Below, in pieces: positions 43,893 to 52,922 of a DNA stretch of 64,000 bases. The stretch's first letter is position 1; the number at the start of each line of letters is the position of its first letter. The notes beneath the pieces are model-generated. The model did no database searches. It was not told the origin of the DNA and saw only the letters and a program-made list of their open reading frames with translations. Location of the stretch: the NCBI GenBank assembly GCA_029821875.1, contig JALGXW010000027.1, positions 6,175 to 70,174 of the forward strand. The letters run 5' to 3'. The translations under genes were made by a program, and so were the position numbers. This DNA comes from Candidatus Hebobacterum abditum. Lineage in GTDB: Bacteria; Armatimonadota; Hebobacteria; Hebobacterales; Hebobacteraceae.

Positions 43893-44747
43893 CTATCCCT
43901 TGACCGCGCCGGCCGTGAGGCCGCGCATGAACGTCTTCTGGAGCAGCAAGAAGAGGATGATCACAGGCAAGAATGACAGCATGACCGAGGAGAAGAGCAC
44001 ACCGTAGTCCCAGTGCTGCCACTGGCCCTGGAGCAGTTGAATCCCGACCGTCAGCGTGCGCGCCTCATCGGTCCAGTTGTTCATGGTGAGCGCGAAGATG
44101 AATTCGTTCCAGGCGTTCAAGAACACGAGCGTCCCGGCCGCAGCGAGGCCGCTCGCACCCATGGGAACCATGATCCGCCAGAATGTCTCCCACCAGCTGC
44201 ACCCGTCCACGCGGGCTGCGTCGAGCATCTCCTGCGGGACAGACGCGAAGACACCACGCATGATGAAGATCGTCAGAGCGAGGTTGAAGGCCGTGTAGCT
44301 CAGCGTCAGGCCCGTCAGCGTGTTGAGCAGCTTGTAGGCGCTGAGGAGCTCGTACTGGCCGATCAGCCCGACTTCGCCCGGCACCATGATGGTGCCGAGG
44401 AACACCAGGAAGATGACCTGATCGCCCTTGAACCGGAAGCGCGAGAGCGCATAGGCGGCCAGGCTGCCGGCGAAGAGCGTAAGGATGACGGTCCCGAACG
44501 AGACGAGGATGCTGTTGCGGTAGTAGAAGCCGAACCCCACCATGCGCTCGAACATCTTGAGGTAGTTCTCGAGCGTGTAGTGCTGCGGGAAGAAGGTCAG
44601 GTGCTTGCTGTAGAGCTCGTCGTGGGGTTTCAGGGAAGACAATATGATCCAGACGAACGGCAGCACGCTCATCACGCTGACCACAATCAGCACGAGGTAC
44701 AGAGAAGCGCTGTTGCCCCAGCGTTTCGCCTTGTCGGCAGTCATCAT
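43893..44747 (-). CDS. Carbohydrate ABC transporter permease (MalG-like)
   Basis: Six TM segments, EAA-loop region (DAARVDGCSWWETFWRIMVP). ATGA overlap with the upstream permease gene. Confidence 0.8.
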   Translation of the reverse strand: MMTADKAKRWGNSASLYLVLIVVSVMSVLPFVWIILSSLKPHDELYSKHLTFFPQHYTLENYLKMFERMVGFGFYYRNSILVSFGTVILTLFAGSLAAYALSRFRFKGDQVIFLVFLGTIMVPGEVGLIGQYELLSAYKLLNTLTGLTLSYTAFNLALTIFIMRGVFASVPQEMLDAARVDGCSWWETFWRIMVPMGASGLAAAGTLVFLNAWNEFIFALTMNNWTDEARTLTVGIQLLQGQWQHWDYGVLFSSVMLSFLPVIILFLLLQKTFMRGLTAGAVKG

Positions 44748-45757
44748 CGCCGCTCCCTCGTGAGGCGAAACGCGACGAGCGTCACCAAGAAGATGAAGGC
44801 CGCCAGCGACCACGCGATGGCGGAGGCGTAGCCGAAGCGGAAGCGACCGTAGGAGAAGGCGACGTTGTACAGATAGAGCACGACGGAGAGCGTGGAATCG
44901 CCGGGGCCGCCCTGAGTCATGATGAACATCTGGCCGAAGACTTTGAGCGCGCCGATAGCGGCGAGCAGCCCCACCAGGAAGATCGTCGGCTTGAGCAGAG
45001 GAAGCGTTATCGTCGTGAACGCCTTGAAGCCCGTCGCGCCGTCCACCCGGGCGGCCTCGGCGATCTCGGTCGGTATCCGTTGGAGGCCCACCAGGTACAG
45101 CAGCATGTTGAAGCCGAGCCCGTGCCACACGGCCATAATGACGATGGCAGGCATGGCGAGGGACCGGTCAGAGAGCCATGTGTAGCCGGCCTCGCCGCCG
45201 AGAAATGCTCTAAGCAGCGTGTTCGCAACGCCGTACTCGGGGTGGTAGATCCACATCCAGATGATCGAGATGACGGCGACCGATACGACGATTGGGATGA
45301 AGTTCAGGGTGCGGAAGAGCGTCGAGAGCCGCCCCGCCCGCTCCACCAGCACTGCCAGGATCAGTGGGAGGATGATCGCGGGTGGCACGTACATGAGCGT
45401 GAAACGGATGGTGTTCCAGAACGCGCCGCCGGGGGAGTTGACGGTGAGCCAGAGCACGACGAAGGGATAGAACACGATCTCCCAGACCGAAAGCGGCCCC
45501 TCCGGCCGAACCAGGCCGGGCCAGCCCATGATCCTCTCGTCGCCGAGGATCTCCCGGTAGTTGCCTAGCCCGAGCCAGCGCATCTCCTCTGGTCGGAGGA
45601 ACTCGTAGTGGAAGAAGCTCAGGTAGAAGGAGCGCAGGATCGGATAGAGCGCGAACATCCCAAAGATGATGATCGCGGGTATGACGAAGGCGTAGGGGCC
45701 GTCCAGACCCCTCCACGCGTGCCGGCCGGAGATCCTCTGCTCCTCAACCACGCTCAC
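44744..45757 (-). CDS. Carbohydrate ABC transporter permease (MalF-like)
   Basis: TM helices, EAA motif EAARVDGATGFKAFTTITLP. Confidence 0.8.
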   Translation of the reverse strand: MSVVEEQRISGRHAWRGLDGPYAFVIPAIIIFGMFALYPILRSFYLSFFHYEFLRPEEMRWLGLGNYREILGDERIMGWPGLVRPEGPLSVWEIVFYPFVVLWLTVNSPGGAFWNTIRFTLMYVPPAIILPLILAVLVERAGRLSTLFRTLNFIPIVVSVAVISIIWMWIYHPEYGVANTLLRAFLGGEAGYTWLSDRSLAMPAIVIMAVWHGLGFNMLLYLVGLQRIPTEIAEAARVDGATGFKAFTTITLPLLKPTIFLVGLLAAIGALKVFGQMFIMTQGGPGDSTLSVVLYLYNVAFSYGRFRFGYASAIAWSLAAFIFLVTLVAFRLTRERR

Positions 45758-45791
45758 GTTGCTCCCCTAGATCGCCCGCGCAGCGGTGCCC

Positions 45792-47693
45792 TCAGGTCAG
45801 GCGGTCCTCGAATGACTTCGCCGTCTCAGCCGGAGGGAGGCCGTCCTCGCTCCAGCCGCGCCTCTGATAGTAGAGGTCCAGCAGCTCCTCGTATTGCCCG
45901 CGATCCACGACTCTCCCCGCGTACTGCCCCCCTTCGATGGGGCGGTCGAACATCCGGGGGGCCGGATAGTCATCCTTTCGACTGATGCCGCGCGACACGC
46001 TGATGAGACGGGTCAGATCCCAGAGGGCACGCGACCTCTCGAGCAGTTCGTCCAGCCTATGCGGCACTCCGGTCACAGCGCTGTAGTACTCAGCGTATCG
46101 CTGCTCATCGAACCCTAACTCTATCCACGGCAGTCGACAGACGCCCAGCATGTCGAACAGCGGCCGGATCGTCTGATGGTACATGACGATGTTCACCCGG
46201 TCCTCGTTTGTCCACTTGGCGCCCAGCTCCAGCTCCTTGCCAACCGTCCAGGCGCGCGTGTGGTGCGCCCCGATATCAGAAGTTCCGTAGGCCAGCGCCA
46301 TGGAGATCGTCGCACGTGCGTCGTAGGCCGACTGTTCCATGCCCTTCGTCTGCACCAGGATCGGGTCGAGCTGCGGCCACTTCTCGAGGACCGCCTTCGA
46401 GCCGCCGGCCAACACGTCGCCGACGCCTTCGCGGTTCGCTATCTTCTCCAGGAGGGTCGTGATCTGGTCGGAGTTCCCCCACTCCAGCTTCATGCCGTCG
46501 ACGTCGCTGGGACGCAACAGCCCAGTGTCCACGGCCTCGATCATGGTCCCGACCAGCACCCCGGCCGAGATCGTGTCGATGCCAAGCTCGTCGCAGAGCT
46601 GATTGCCCTTGAGGATGGCCGCGAAGTCCGACACGCCGAGATTGGATCCGAGCGTGCAGGCGCTCTCGTATTCCGGCCCCTCGGTGATGGTGCCCTTGTA
46701 CTTGCCGTTCTTCACCAAGCAGATATTGCCGCACGACATCGGGCACCCGAAGCAGGCGGTGTCGCCGATCTTGAATTCCCGCTCCATCTTGAAGCCGTCA
46801 ATCTGCTCGGCGTGCTCGAAGACGTTCTGCTGGAAGTTGCGCGTGGGCAGGCCCCCGGCCGTGTTCAGGTAGTCCACGACCGACATCAGGCCCTGTTGCT
46901 GCCAGAACTCGAATAGGGGATGATCTGACAGGTCCCTCAGCGACGTCTCGGTCAGAAGCCGCAGCTCGGACGCGTCGGCGACGGGGAGGTCCTGCCCGCC
47001 GCGCACGGCGATGGCCTTGATGTTCTTCGACCCGAGCACCGCGCCCATACCACAGCGGCCGGCGTTTCGGCCCCAATCGCAGTTGATGCTGGCGAAGCGG
47101 ACCAGCTTCTCGCCCGCCGGTCCTATTGCAGCGACGCGCACCTCCTCGCTCTGCAGCGCCTCCTTTACGGCGCGTTCGGTGTCGAGCGCGCCCTTGCCGG
47201 CCAGGTCGGGAGCGGGCACGAGTTCCACGTCATCGTCGTCGATCCAGAGGTAGCTCAGCTTCTCGGCGCGGCCGGTGAGCACCAACGCATCGTAGCCCGC
47301 CTGGCGAAGCTCCGACCCGAAGTTGCCACCCATGTTGCTGTCGCCGTAGATGCCTGTCAGCGGCGCAAGGGCAACGAGGTGAGTCTTCGCCGCGCCCGGC
47401 AGGAAGAGCCCCGTGAGGGGGCCGGGCGCAATGGTGAGGATGTTCTCCGGCCCCAGCGGGTCCTTGATCTTGCCCAGGTGGTCGTAGAGTATCTTTGCGC
47501 CGAAGCCGCGGCCGCCCATGTACTTCAGGGCGAAGTCGTCGCCGAAGGGCACGATTCGGCTCTCGCCGGAGGTGAGGTCGACCCAGAGGATCCGGCGATG
47601 GTAGCCGCCCTGCAGCTGGGGACTAGTCGCTTTGCTCGCGGCCGATTTCCGCGTAGCGGAGCTTCTTCCGCTCGCCTTTCTCGACATATTCAA
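45792..47693 (-). CDS. Aldehyde:ferredoxin oxidoreductase (tungsten/molybdopterin AOR family); true start probably internal to the ORF-track start
   Basis: GYHRRILWVDLTSGE N-terminal AOR signature; C-terminal domains. ORF-track start overlaps the ferredoxin gene by 70 nt. Confidence 0.75.
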   Translation of the reverse strand: MNMSRKASGRSSATRKSAASKATSPQLQGGYHRRILWVDLTSGESRIVPFGDDFALKYMGGRGFGAKILYDHLGKIKDPLGPENILTIAPGPLTGLFLPGAAKTHLVALAPLTGIYGDSNMGGNFGSELRQAGYDALVLTGRAEKLSYLWIDDDDVELVPAPDLAGKGALDTERAVKEALQSEEVRVAAIGPAGEKLVRFASINCDWGRNAGRCGMGAVLGSKNIKAIAVRGGQDLPVADASELRLLTETSLRDLSDHPLFEFWQQQGLMSVVDYLNTAGGLPTRNFQQNVFEHAEQIDGFKMEREFKIGDTACFGCPMSCGNICLVKNGKYKGTITEGPEYESACTLGSNLGVSDFAAILKGNQLCDELGIDTISAGVLVGTMIEAVDTGLLRPSDVDGMKLEWGNSDQITTLLEKIANREGVGDVLAGGSKAVLEKWPQLDPILVQTKGMEQSAYDARATISMALAYGTSDIGAHHTRAWTVGKELELGAKWTNEDRVNIVMYHQTIRPLFDMLGVCRLPWIELGFDEQRYAEYYSAVTGVPHRLDELLERSRALWDLTRLISVSRGISRKDDYPAPRMFDRPIEGGQYAGRVVDRGQYEELLDLYYQRRGWSEDGLPPAETAKSFEDRLT

Positions 47694-48225
47694 CCTCTTT
47701 CATGTGGGCGTAGCGTAGCACCGCAGCGACCCTGTTGGCCTCGCCGAGTTCGTGCTCCGGCACATACTGAAGGGCGCCCTTCGGACACTGCTGAGCGCAC
47801 TGGGGATGTCCGCCGCAAAGGTCGCATTTGAACGGCACCGGGATATCATCGTGAACGAATATCGCACCGAATGGACAGGAAATCACGCACTGACGACAAG
47901 AGACACACATCTCGCCGTCGATCCGGACGACCCCGTCCTCCAGGGTGATGGCATCTGTCGGGCAGTTCTCCCGGCACTTCGGCTGCGCGCACTGCCGGCA
48001 GGCAACCGGCATGCGGATGACAGGGTGCGGGTAGAGCGCAATCACGCGAATCGCCGACTTCTTGGGGTTGCTGACACCGAAATGCTGCAACGCGCACACA
48101 GACTCGCAGAGCCGACAGCCCGAACACCGCTCGGGAACAACGCTCAGTCTCTTCGGCACCGGTTTCTCCTGCCACGGGGAAGTCCATCGGCCGGGGAAAC
48201 GCCCGGTCACGGCCGCACCCAACAC
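47623..48225 (-). CDS. 4Fe-4S dicluster ferredoxin-type electron-transfer subunit (AOR partner)
   Basis: Multiple CxxCxxCxxxCP motifs (CSGCRLCESVC, CRQCAQPKCRENCP, CVSCRQCVISCP). Confidence 0.7.
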   Translation of the reverse strand: MLGAAVTGRFPGRWTSPWQEKPVPKRLSVVPERCSGCRLCESVCALQHFGVSNPKKSAIRVIALYPHPVIRMPVACRQCAQPKCRENCPTDAITLEDGVVRIDGEMCVSCRQCVISCPFGAIFVHDDIPVPFKCDLCGGHPQCAQQCPKGALQYVPEHELGEANRVAAVLRYAHMKEVEYVEKGERKKLRYAEIGREQSD

Positions 48226-48436
48226 CCTCCCGCAGAGTAGTTCTTCCTACGCGGGAGAATCCCCTTGCGGGCGCGGCCTTGGCAGGCAGCATGTCATCCG
48301 CTGGAGACTGAGGTGGGGCTGAGAGCAACGCGCCCCGGCCGCGCCGGGGGCGCGACCTTGCAGGGAAGGCTTCGGGCCCGTGGAACGCCAAGCGAGTGGC
48401 GGGGAGACTCTACTCGTATGTCGTGGAGGATCATTG

Positions 48437-50035
48437 ATGCAGTGCTGGCTGTCTAGTTCGCTCTTGAGGCACTACCCTTCGTCCCGCCCGCGTCGTCGGC
48501 AGACCCTGAGCATACACGCGGCGCGCGGCGAGCAGGTCTCCTTTCAGTGTGTCTTTCGGACTGGCGACGATCCCCAGGAGGTGACGGCCGCCGCCGAAGC
48601 TGAGTCACTCGATGTGCAGGTGCGTCGAGTGGGCTATGTGCCGGTTCCTCACTTCAATGCCGAGACGCCACTGGAGGAGCGGGATGGAGTCGGCCACGTG
48701 CCAGGGTACGTCCCCGACCCGCTGTTTCCAGACTCTACGCTCCAGGCCGGGCCGCACGAAACCAACGCGTTCTGGGTAACCGTTCGCGTCCCAAAGGAGG
48801 CGAAGCCGGGCGTCCATCGGGTGCCGATCACGTTGACGCCCAAGGGCGGGGAGGCGTGCACTTTGACGCCCTCCGTCCGAGTGCATCAGGCGACCATCCA
48901 GCCGCGGCGGGACTTCCCCGTCACGCACTGGTTCTATGCCGACGCGCTGTGCGACTGGTATCGCGTCGAGCCTTTCGAAGCAGACTTCTGGCCCATCGTC
49001 GAGAAATACCTCGCCGATCTGGCCGCACACAATCTCGATGTCTCTCACACACCGCTATTCACACCACCGACCGATGGCGTGAAGCGGCCCAACCAGCTCC
49101 TGGACGTCCGCCGCGATGGCGACGGTTACGTGTTCGAGTGGTCACTTGTGCGGAAGTGGGTGAAGACGGCGAGGAAGCAGGGACTGAAGTACTTCGAGTG
49201 GCCGCACCTCTTCACCCAGTGGGGCGCGAAGCACGCCATCCGCATCTACGAGGGACAGGGCGGCAGCGAGAACCTGCTCTGGGACCCGGATACGATGGGG
49301 GTATCGCCGACGTATCACAGCTTCCTCAGCCAGTTCCTCCCCGAGTTCAAGCGCTTTCTGGAGACTGAGGATCTGATGGATGTGAGCTTCTTTCACCTCT
49401 CGGATGAGCCGCACGGAGAGGAGGCGCTGCAAAACTACCGTGGTGCGCGGCAGATGCTTCGCGAGCTCGCCCCCTGGATGATGATGATGGACGCGCTGTC
49501 CGACATCACATTCGCCCGCGAGGGCCTCACCGACATCCCGATCCCGCTTATCGCACGAGCGCCGGAGTTCCTGCAGGAGGGCTATCCGGCCTGGGTGTAC
49601 CACTGGGGCGGCCCGAAGGGCCGGTACGCTCAGCGGCTGCTCGACACCCCGCTGGCCAAGACACGGATGTTTGGCTGGCTTTTCTACCGCACCGGAGCGC
49701 GAGGCTTCCTCCAGTGGGGCTACAACTACTGGTACAAGAGCCAGACCCGCGAGATGATCGATCCCTTCCAGGTCACCGATGCGCTCCGGTGGCCCGACTG
49801 GTCTTACGGCGATCCCTTCATGGTCTATCCGGGCGACGACGGGCCGATAGACTGTCTTCGTTGGGAAGTCTTCGCAGAGTCACTCCAGGACTACGCGCTG
49901 CTGCAGACGGCCGGCGTCGACCCCGATGATGAACTGCTGGCCGACCTCAAAGACTATGCCGACTTCCCGCGCGAGGAGTCCTGGCTTCGCGATCGGCGGA
50001 GGCGACTGCTCGCCGCCCTCGATGAGGGGTCATAG
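48437..50035 (+). CDS. Hypothetical glycoside-hydrolase-like protein (DUF4091-like)
   Basis: Long soluble ORF with protein-like composition. Family guess from memory, low specificity. Confidence 0.45.
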   Translation: MQCWLSSSLLRHYPSSRPRRRQTLSIHAARGEQVSFQCVFRTGDDPQEVTAAAEAESLDVQVRRVGYVPVPHFNAETPLEERDGVGHVPGYVPDPLFPDSTLQAGPHETNAFWVTVRVPKEAKPGVHRVPITLTPKGGEACTLTPSVRVHQATIQPRRDFPVTHWFYADALCDWYRVEPFEADFWPIVEKYLADLAAHNLDVSHTPLFTPPTDGVKRPNQLLDVRRDGDGYVFEWSLVRKWVKTARKQGLKYFEWPHLFTQWGAKHAIRIYEGQGGSENLLWDPDTMGVSPTYHSFLSQFLPEFKRFLETEDLMDVSFFHLSDEPHGEEALQNYRGARQMLRELAPWMMMMDALSDITFAREGLTDIPIPLIARAPEFLQEGYPAWVYHWGGPKGRYAQRLLDTPLAKTRMFGWLFYRTGARGFLQWGYNYWYKSQTREMIDPFQVTDALRWPDWSYGDPFMVYPGDDGPIDCLRWEVFAESLQDYALLQTAGVDPDDELLADLKDYADFPREESWLRDRRRRLLAALDEGS

Positions 50036-50080
50036 GCAGCGGCGCCGATCCCAGGCCGCTGGACGAGTTGAGGAGAGAAG

Positions 50081-51142
50081 ATGCCCTACCCCAACTTCGT
50101 GCCCTCTCCAGACTTCGGACGGTTGGAGAAGACGCTGGCCAGAGGAGTGCCCGACCGGGTGCCGTTCATTGAACTCTTCATCGACGAGGAGGTCATGATC
50201 GCCATCCGAGAGGCGCCCTTCTCTGGTGACCCGCGGCAGCGCTGTCGTGAGATGGCGGAGCTCTATCTCCGTCTTGGGTATGACTACGTGCCAGCCGGGA
50301 TCTACTTCGGGTTCCCCTACCGGACCGTGACAGTTGCCGACACCGCGCGGCTGTCGCGAGGGGAAAGGGCGTGGGTGGACGAGAGTCACGGCGCGATCGA
50401 GACCTGGGATGACTTCGAGCGCTACGCGTGGCCGACGCCGACTGACGAAACCTACGCGCCCCTCGACCATGCGGCCAAGGCTCTGCCCGAAGGGATGAAG
50501 CTGATCCCGCACGGGCCGGGCGGTGTCCTGGAGAACGTCATGTGGCTCATGGGATACGAGCCGATGAGCTACGCGATGGCCGATCAGGCCGACCTTGTAC
50601 AGGCCATGTTCGACCGGGTGGGAGACATACTCGTCGGGATCTTCGGCACCATGGCCAGCCACGAGGCAGTTGGTGCCGTGTTCCTGGGAGATGACATGGG
50701 GTTCAAGACGCAGCCGATGATCTCTCCCGCCGACCTGCGAAAGTACGTCTTCCCGTGGCAGCGCAAGATCGCGCAGGCCGTTCACGCGCATGGCAAGCCA
50801 TTTCTTCTTCATGCCTGTGGCAATCTCGAATCCGTCATGGATGATCTGATCGATGATGTCGGCATCGATGGCAAGCACAGCTTCGAAGACGTTATCGTGC
50901 CGGTGACGAAGGCCAAGGAGCGTTGGGGAGATCGCATAGCGGTGCTTGGGGGCATAGACATCGACTTTCTGACCCGCGCTGACCCAGACGCAGTCCGAAC
51001 CAGGACGCGGGAAGTGCTGGCGGCGTGCATGCCGAAAGGCGGATATGCTCTCGGGAGCGGGAACTCGGTCGCCAACTACGTCCCGGTGGAGAACTACCTC
51101 GCCATGCTCGAAGAGGGCTGGTGCGCCGGCGTCTACGCATAG
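50081..51142 (+). CDS. Uroporphyrinogen decarboxylase (URO-D)-fold protein, MtaA/CmuA-like
   Basis: Strong SD AGGAGAG. URO-D family length and conserved region (GDDMGFKTQPMISP). Confidence 0.7.
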   Translation: MPYPNFVPSPDFGRLEKTLARGVPDRVPFIELFIDEEVMIAIREAPFSGDPRQRCREMAELYLRLGYDYVPAGIYFGFPYRTVTVADTARLSRGERAWVDESHGAIETWDDFERYAWPTPTDETYAPLDHAAKALPEGMKLIPHGPGGVLENVMWLMGYEPMSYAMADQADLVQAMFDRVGDILVGIFGTMASHEAVGAVFLGDDMGFKTQPMISPADLRKYVFPWQRKIAQAVHAHGKPFLLHACGNLESVMDDLIDDVGIDGKHSFEDVIVPVTKAKERWGDRIAVLGGIDIDFLTRADPDAVRTRTREVLAACMPKGGYALGSGNSVANYVPVENYLAMLEEGWCAGVYA

Positions 51143-51151
51143 GGGCCGAAC

Positions 51152-51826
51152 TTGGTGGGAGATAAGGGTGTGATAGCGAAACCCAAGCTCGAACGCTGCG
51201 CGATCGGTTTGCCCTTCGCCCTCATCTCGGCCCTCGCTGCGACGTCAGCGTGGCCGCGCCCGTGGCTTCTCATAGTTTGTGTGCTCGTCTCGGCCGCGGC
51301 CGCTACGCTATGTGCGGCCATCTACGCTATCCGCCGATGGCTGCGGGGATGGGTGCACTGGGCTGCGGGACTCTGCCTGGCGCCCGTCCCTGTCGCGACA
51401 TGGGTCGCGGCGGGCGCTCGCCTCGAGTTGGCGCCGCTCCTGCTGGCCGGCGCGCTCGTGTTCTGGGTGGCCGGGTTCGACATCATCTATGCATGCGACA
51501 GCGCTCAGGTCGATCGCGAGAGAGGGATCTTCACTGTGCCCGCACGCTGGGGCGCACGCAAGTCGCTGGTGCTCGCATTGCTGAATCATGTAATCGCCCT
51601 GTGGCTGCTCGCCTTGTTCGGGTGGATCGGACCCGTAGGATGGCTCTTCCTGGTTGGAGTGATCGTGATCTCTTTCGGTCTCTACCTCCTCCACCGCACA
51701 CTTCGCCCGGAGCGCTTCCCGGGAGCAGCCTCGAGCGCGGCTCTGATGAGTCTTGTGCTGAGTCTGATATTGCTGGCCTTCACGGCCGCCGCCGTCCTGG
51801 TCATCGGTGGACCTGTGCTGATCTAG
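51152..51826 (+). CDS. UbiA-prenyltransferase-like membrane protein lacking the N-terminal Asp-rich motif (truncated or divergent)
   Basis: Second UbiA motif region FDIIYACDSAQVDRERGIFTVP present. Only 224 aa, TTG start 10 bp after the UroD-like stop. Confidence 0.4.
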   Translation: MVGDKGVIAKPKLERCAIGLPFALISALAATSAWPRPWLLIVCVLVSAAAATLCAAIYAIRRWLRGWVHWAAGLCLAPVPVATWVAAGARLELAPLLLAGALVFWVAGFDIIYACDSAQVDRERGIFTVPARWGARKSLVLALLNHVIALWLLALFGWIGPVGWLFLVGVIVISFGLYLLHRTLRPERFPGAASSAALMSLVLSLILLAFTAAAVLVIGGPVLI

Positions 51827-52046
51827 CGGATGCGCGGCCCTGGATGCGGTCGCTCCCGGAATGGTATTCCTCAGTGGACGGCCGGCCCGGCGAATGTGCA
51901 GAGAGATGTTCAGGGAGTAGGATTCTGCTGTATCCCGAAGAGAATAACGTAGACTCACTCTCGCCGGCTCGGCCCGGCGGCGACCAGGCATCCGAACCGG
52001 AACGCTGGCTTGCTGGTGGATCTGGACGATGGTTGAGAGGGGCAGC

Positions 52047-52922
52047 ATGGTACCGCAAGATACGTTTGCGCTGATCGGAGGCAGCGGGGCGCTGGAACTC
52101 CTCCGGGAGTACCAACATAACTGCAAGCGGCTCGGCCCGGCGCCGACGCCGTTTGGCCTCTCGGCAGTGCTCTACCGGGTGCGCATTCAGGACGCACATT
52201 TCGTCTTCTTGCCTCGCCACGGTGAGTTCGGACACGAGCTCGCTGCGCCGTGGGTGAACTACCGGGCGAACATCTATGCTCTCCGGGAGCAGGGCGTCTT
52301 CCGCGTCTTCGCGTGGTCCGGTTCGGCCGCGATCAACCTCTCTTTGTCAGTGGGCCAGTATGTGCTCCCCCATGATCTCATCGACGACACGAGAGGGCGC
52401 GAGACCTCCTTCTTCAAGGGGACGCGCTTGGGCGCCATTCGCCAGCACCCTGTCTTCTGCGGCGAGATGAGGGCCGCGACCGAGAGCGTGCTGCGGATGG
52501 CGCAGATGCCCCATCAGGACCACGGCACCTATGTGTGTGCGCAAGGCCCGCGTCTCGAGACACCGGCTGAGGTCCGCCGAGCGCGATCCTGGGGCGGCGA
52601 TCTCGCGGGGATGACCCTCGCCCCTGAGGCGTTCCTGGCTCGAGAACTCGAGATGTGCTACCTCCCGCTGTGCTACGTTGCTCGGCACGCCGAAGGGATC
52701 AAGGAGCGGGAGAAGCGGCCAGGGGAGCTTCTCGGGGAGGTGCTGGAGGAGGCCGAAACAGAAGCGGCCGAGGAGGCGCGGGCACGCTTCTTTGGGCTCG
52801 CAGCCGCGGTGTCCCGCGCGCTCCCGGACGAGCGCGGCTGCCAATGCGGCGCCATCATGGATCAGTATCGAGAAGAGGGCCGCCTCGAAGAGGACTGGCA
52901 CACATGGCTCGGCAAGCCGTGA
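52047..52922 (+). CDS. mtnP: S-methyl-5'-thioadenosine / purine nucleoside phosphorylase (PNP_UDP_1 family)
   Basis: FALIGGSG N-terminus, phosphate-binding pattern. ATG 52047 preceded by GAGAGGGG. Confidence 0.7.
   Translation: MVPQDTFALIGGSGALELLREYQHNCKRLGPAPTPFGLSAVLYRVRIQDAHFVFLPRHGEFGHELAAPWVNYRANIYALREQGVFRVFAWSGSAAINLSLSVGQYVLPHDLIDDTRGRETSFFKGTRLGAIRQHPVFCGEMRAATESVLRMAQMPHQDHGTYVCAQGPRLETPAEVRRARSWGGDLAGMTLAPEAFLARELEMCYLPLCYVARHAEGIKEREKRPGELLGEVLEEAETEAAEEARARFFGLAAAVSRALPDERGCQCGAIMDQYREEGRLEEDWHTWLGKP

Noticed and set aside
45792-47693. AOR N-terminus MNMSRKASGRSSATRKSAASKATSPQLQG as genuine
   Set aside because: Overlaps the ferredoxin gene by 70 nt and is low-complexity. The conserved AOR N-terminus (GYHRRILWVDLT) begins just after the ferredoxin stop, so the true start is probably internal or non-ATG.
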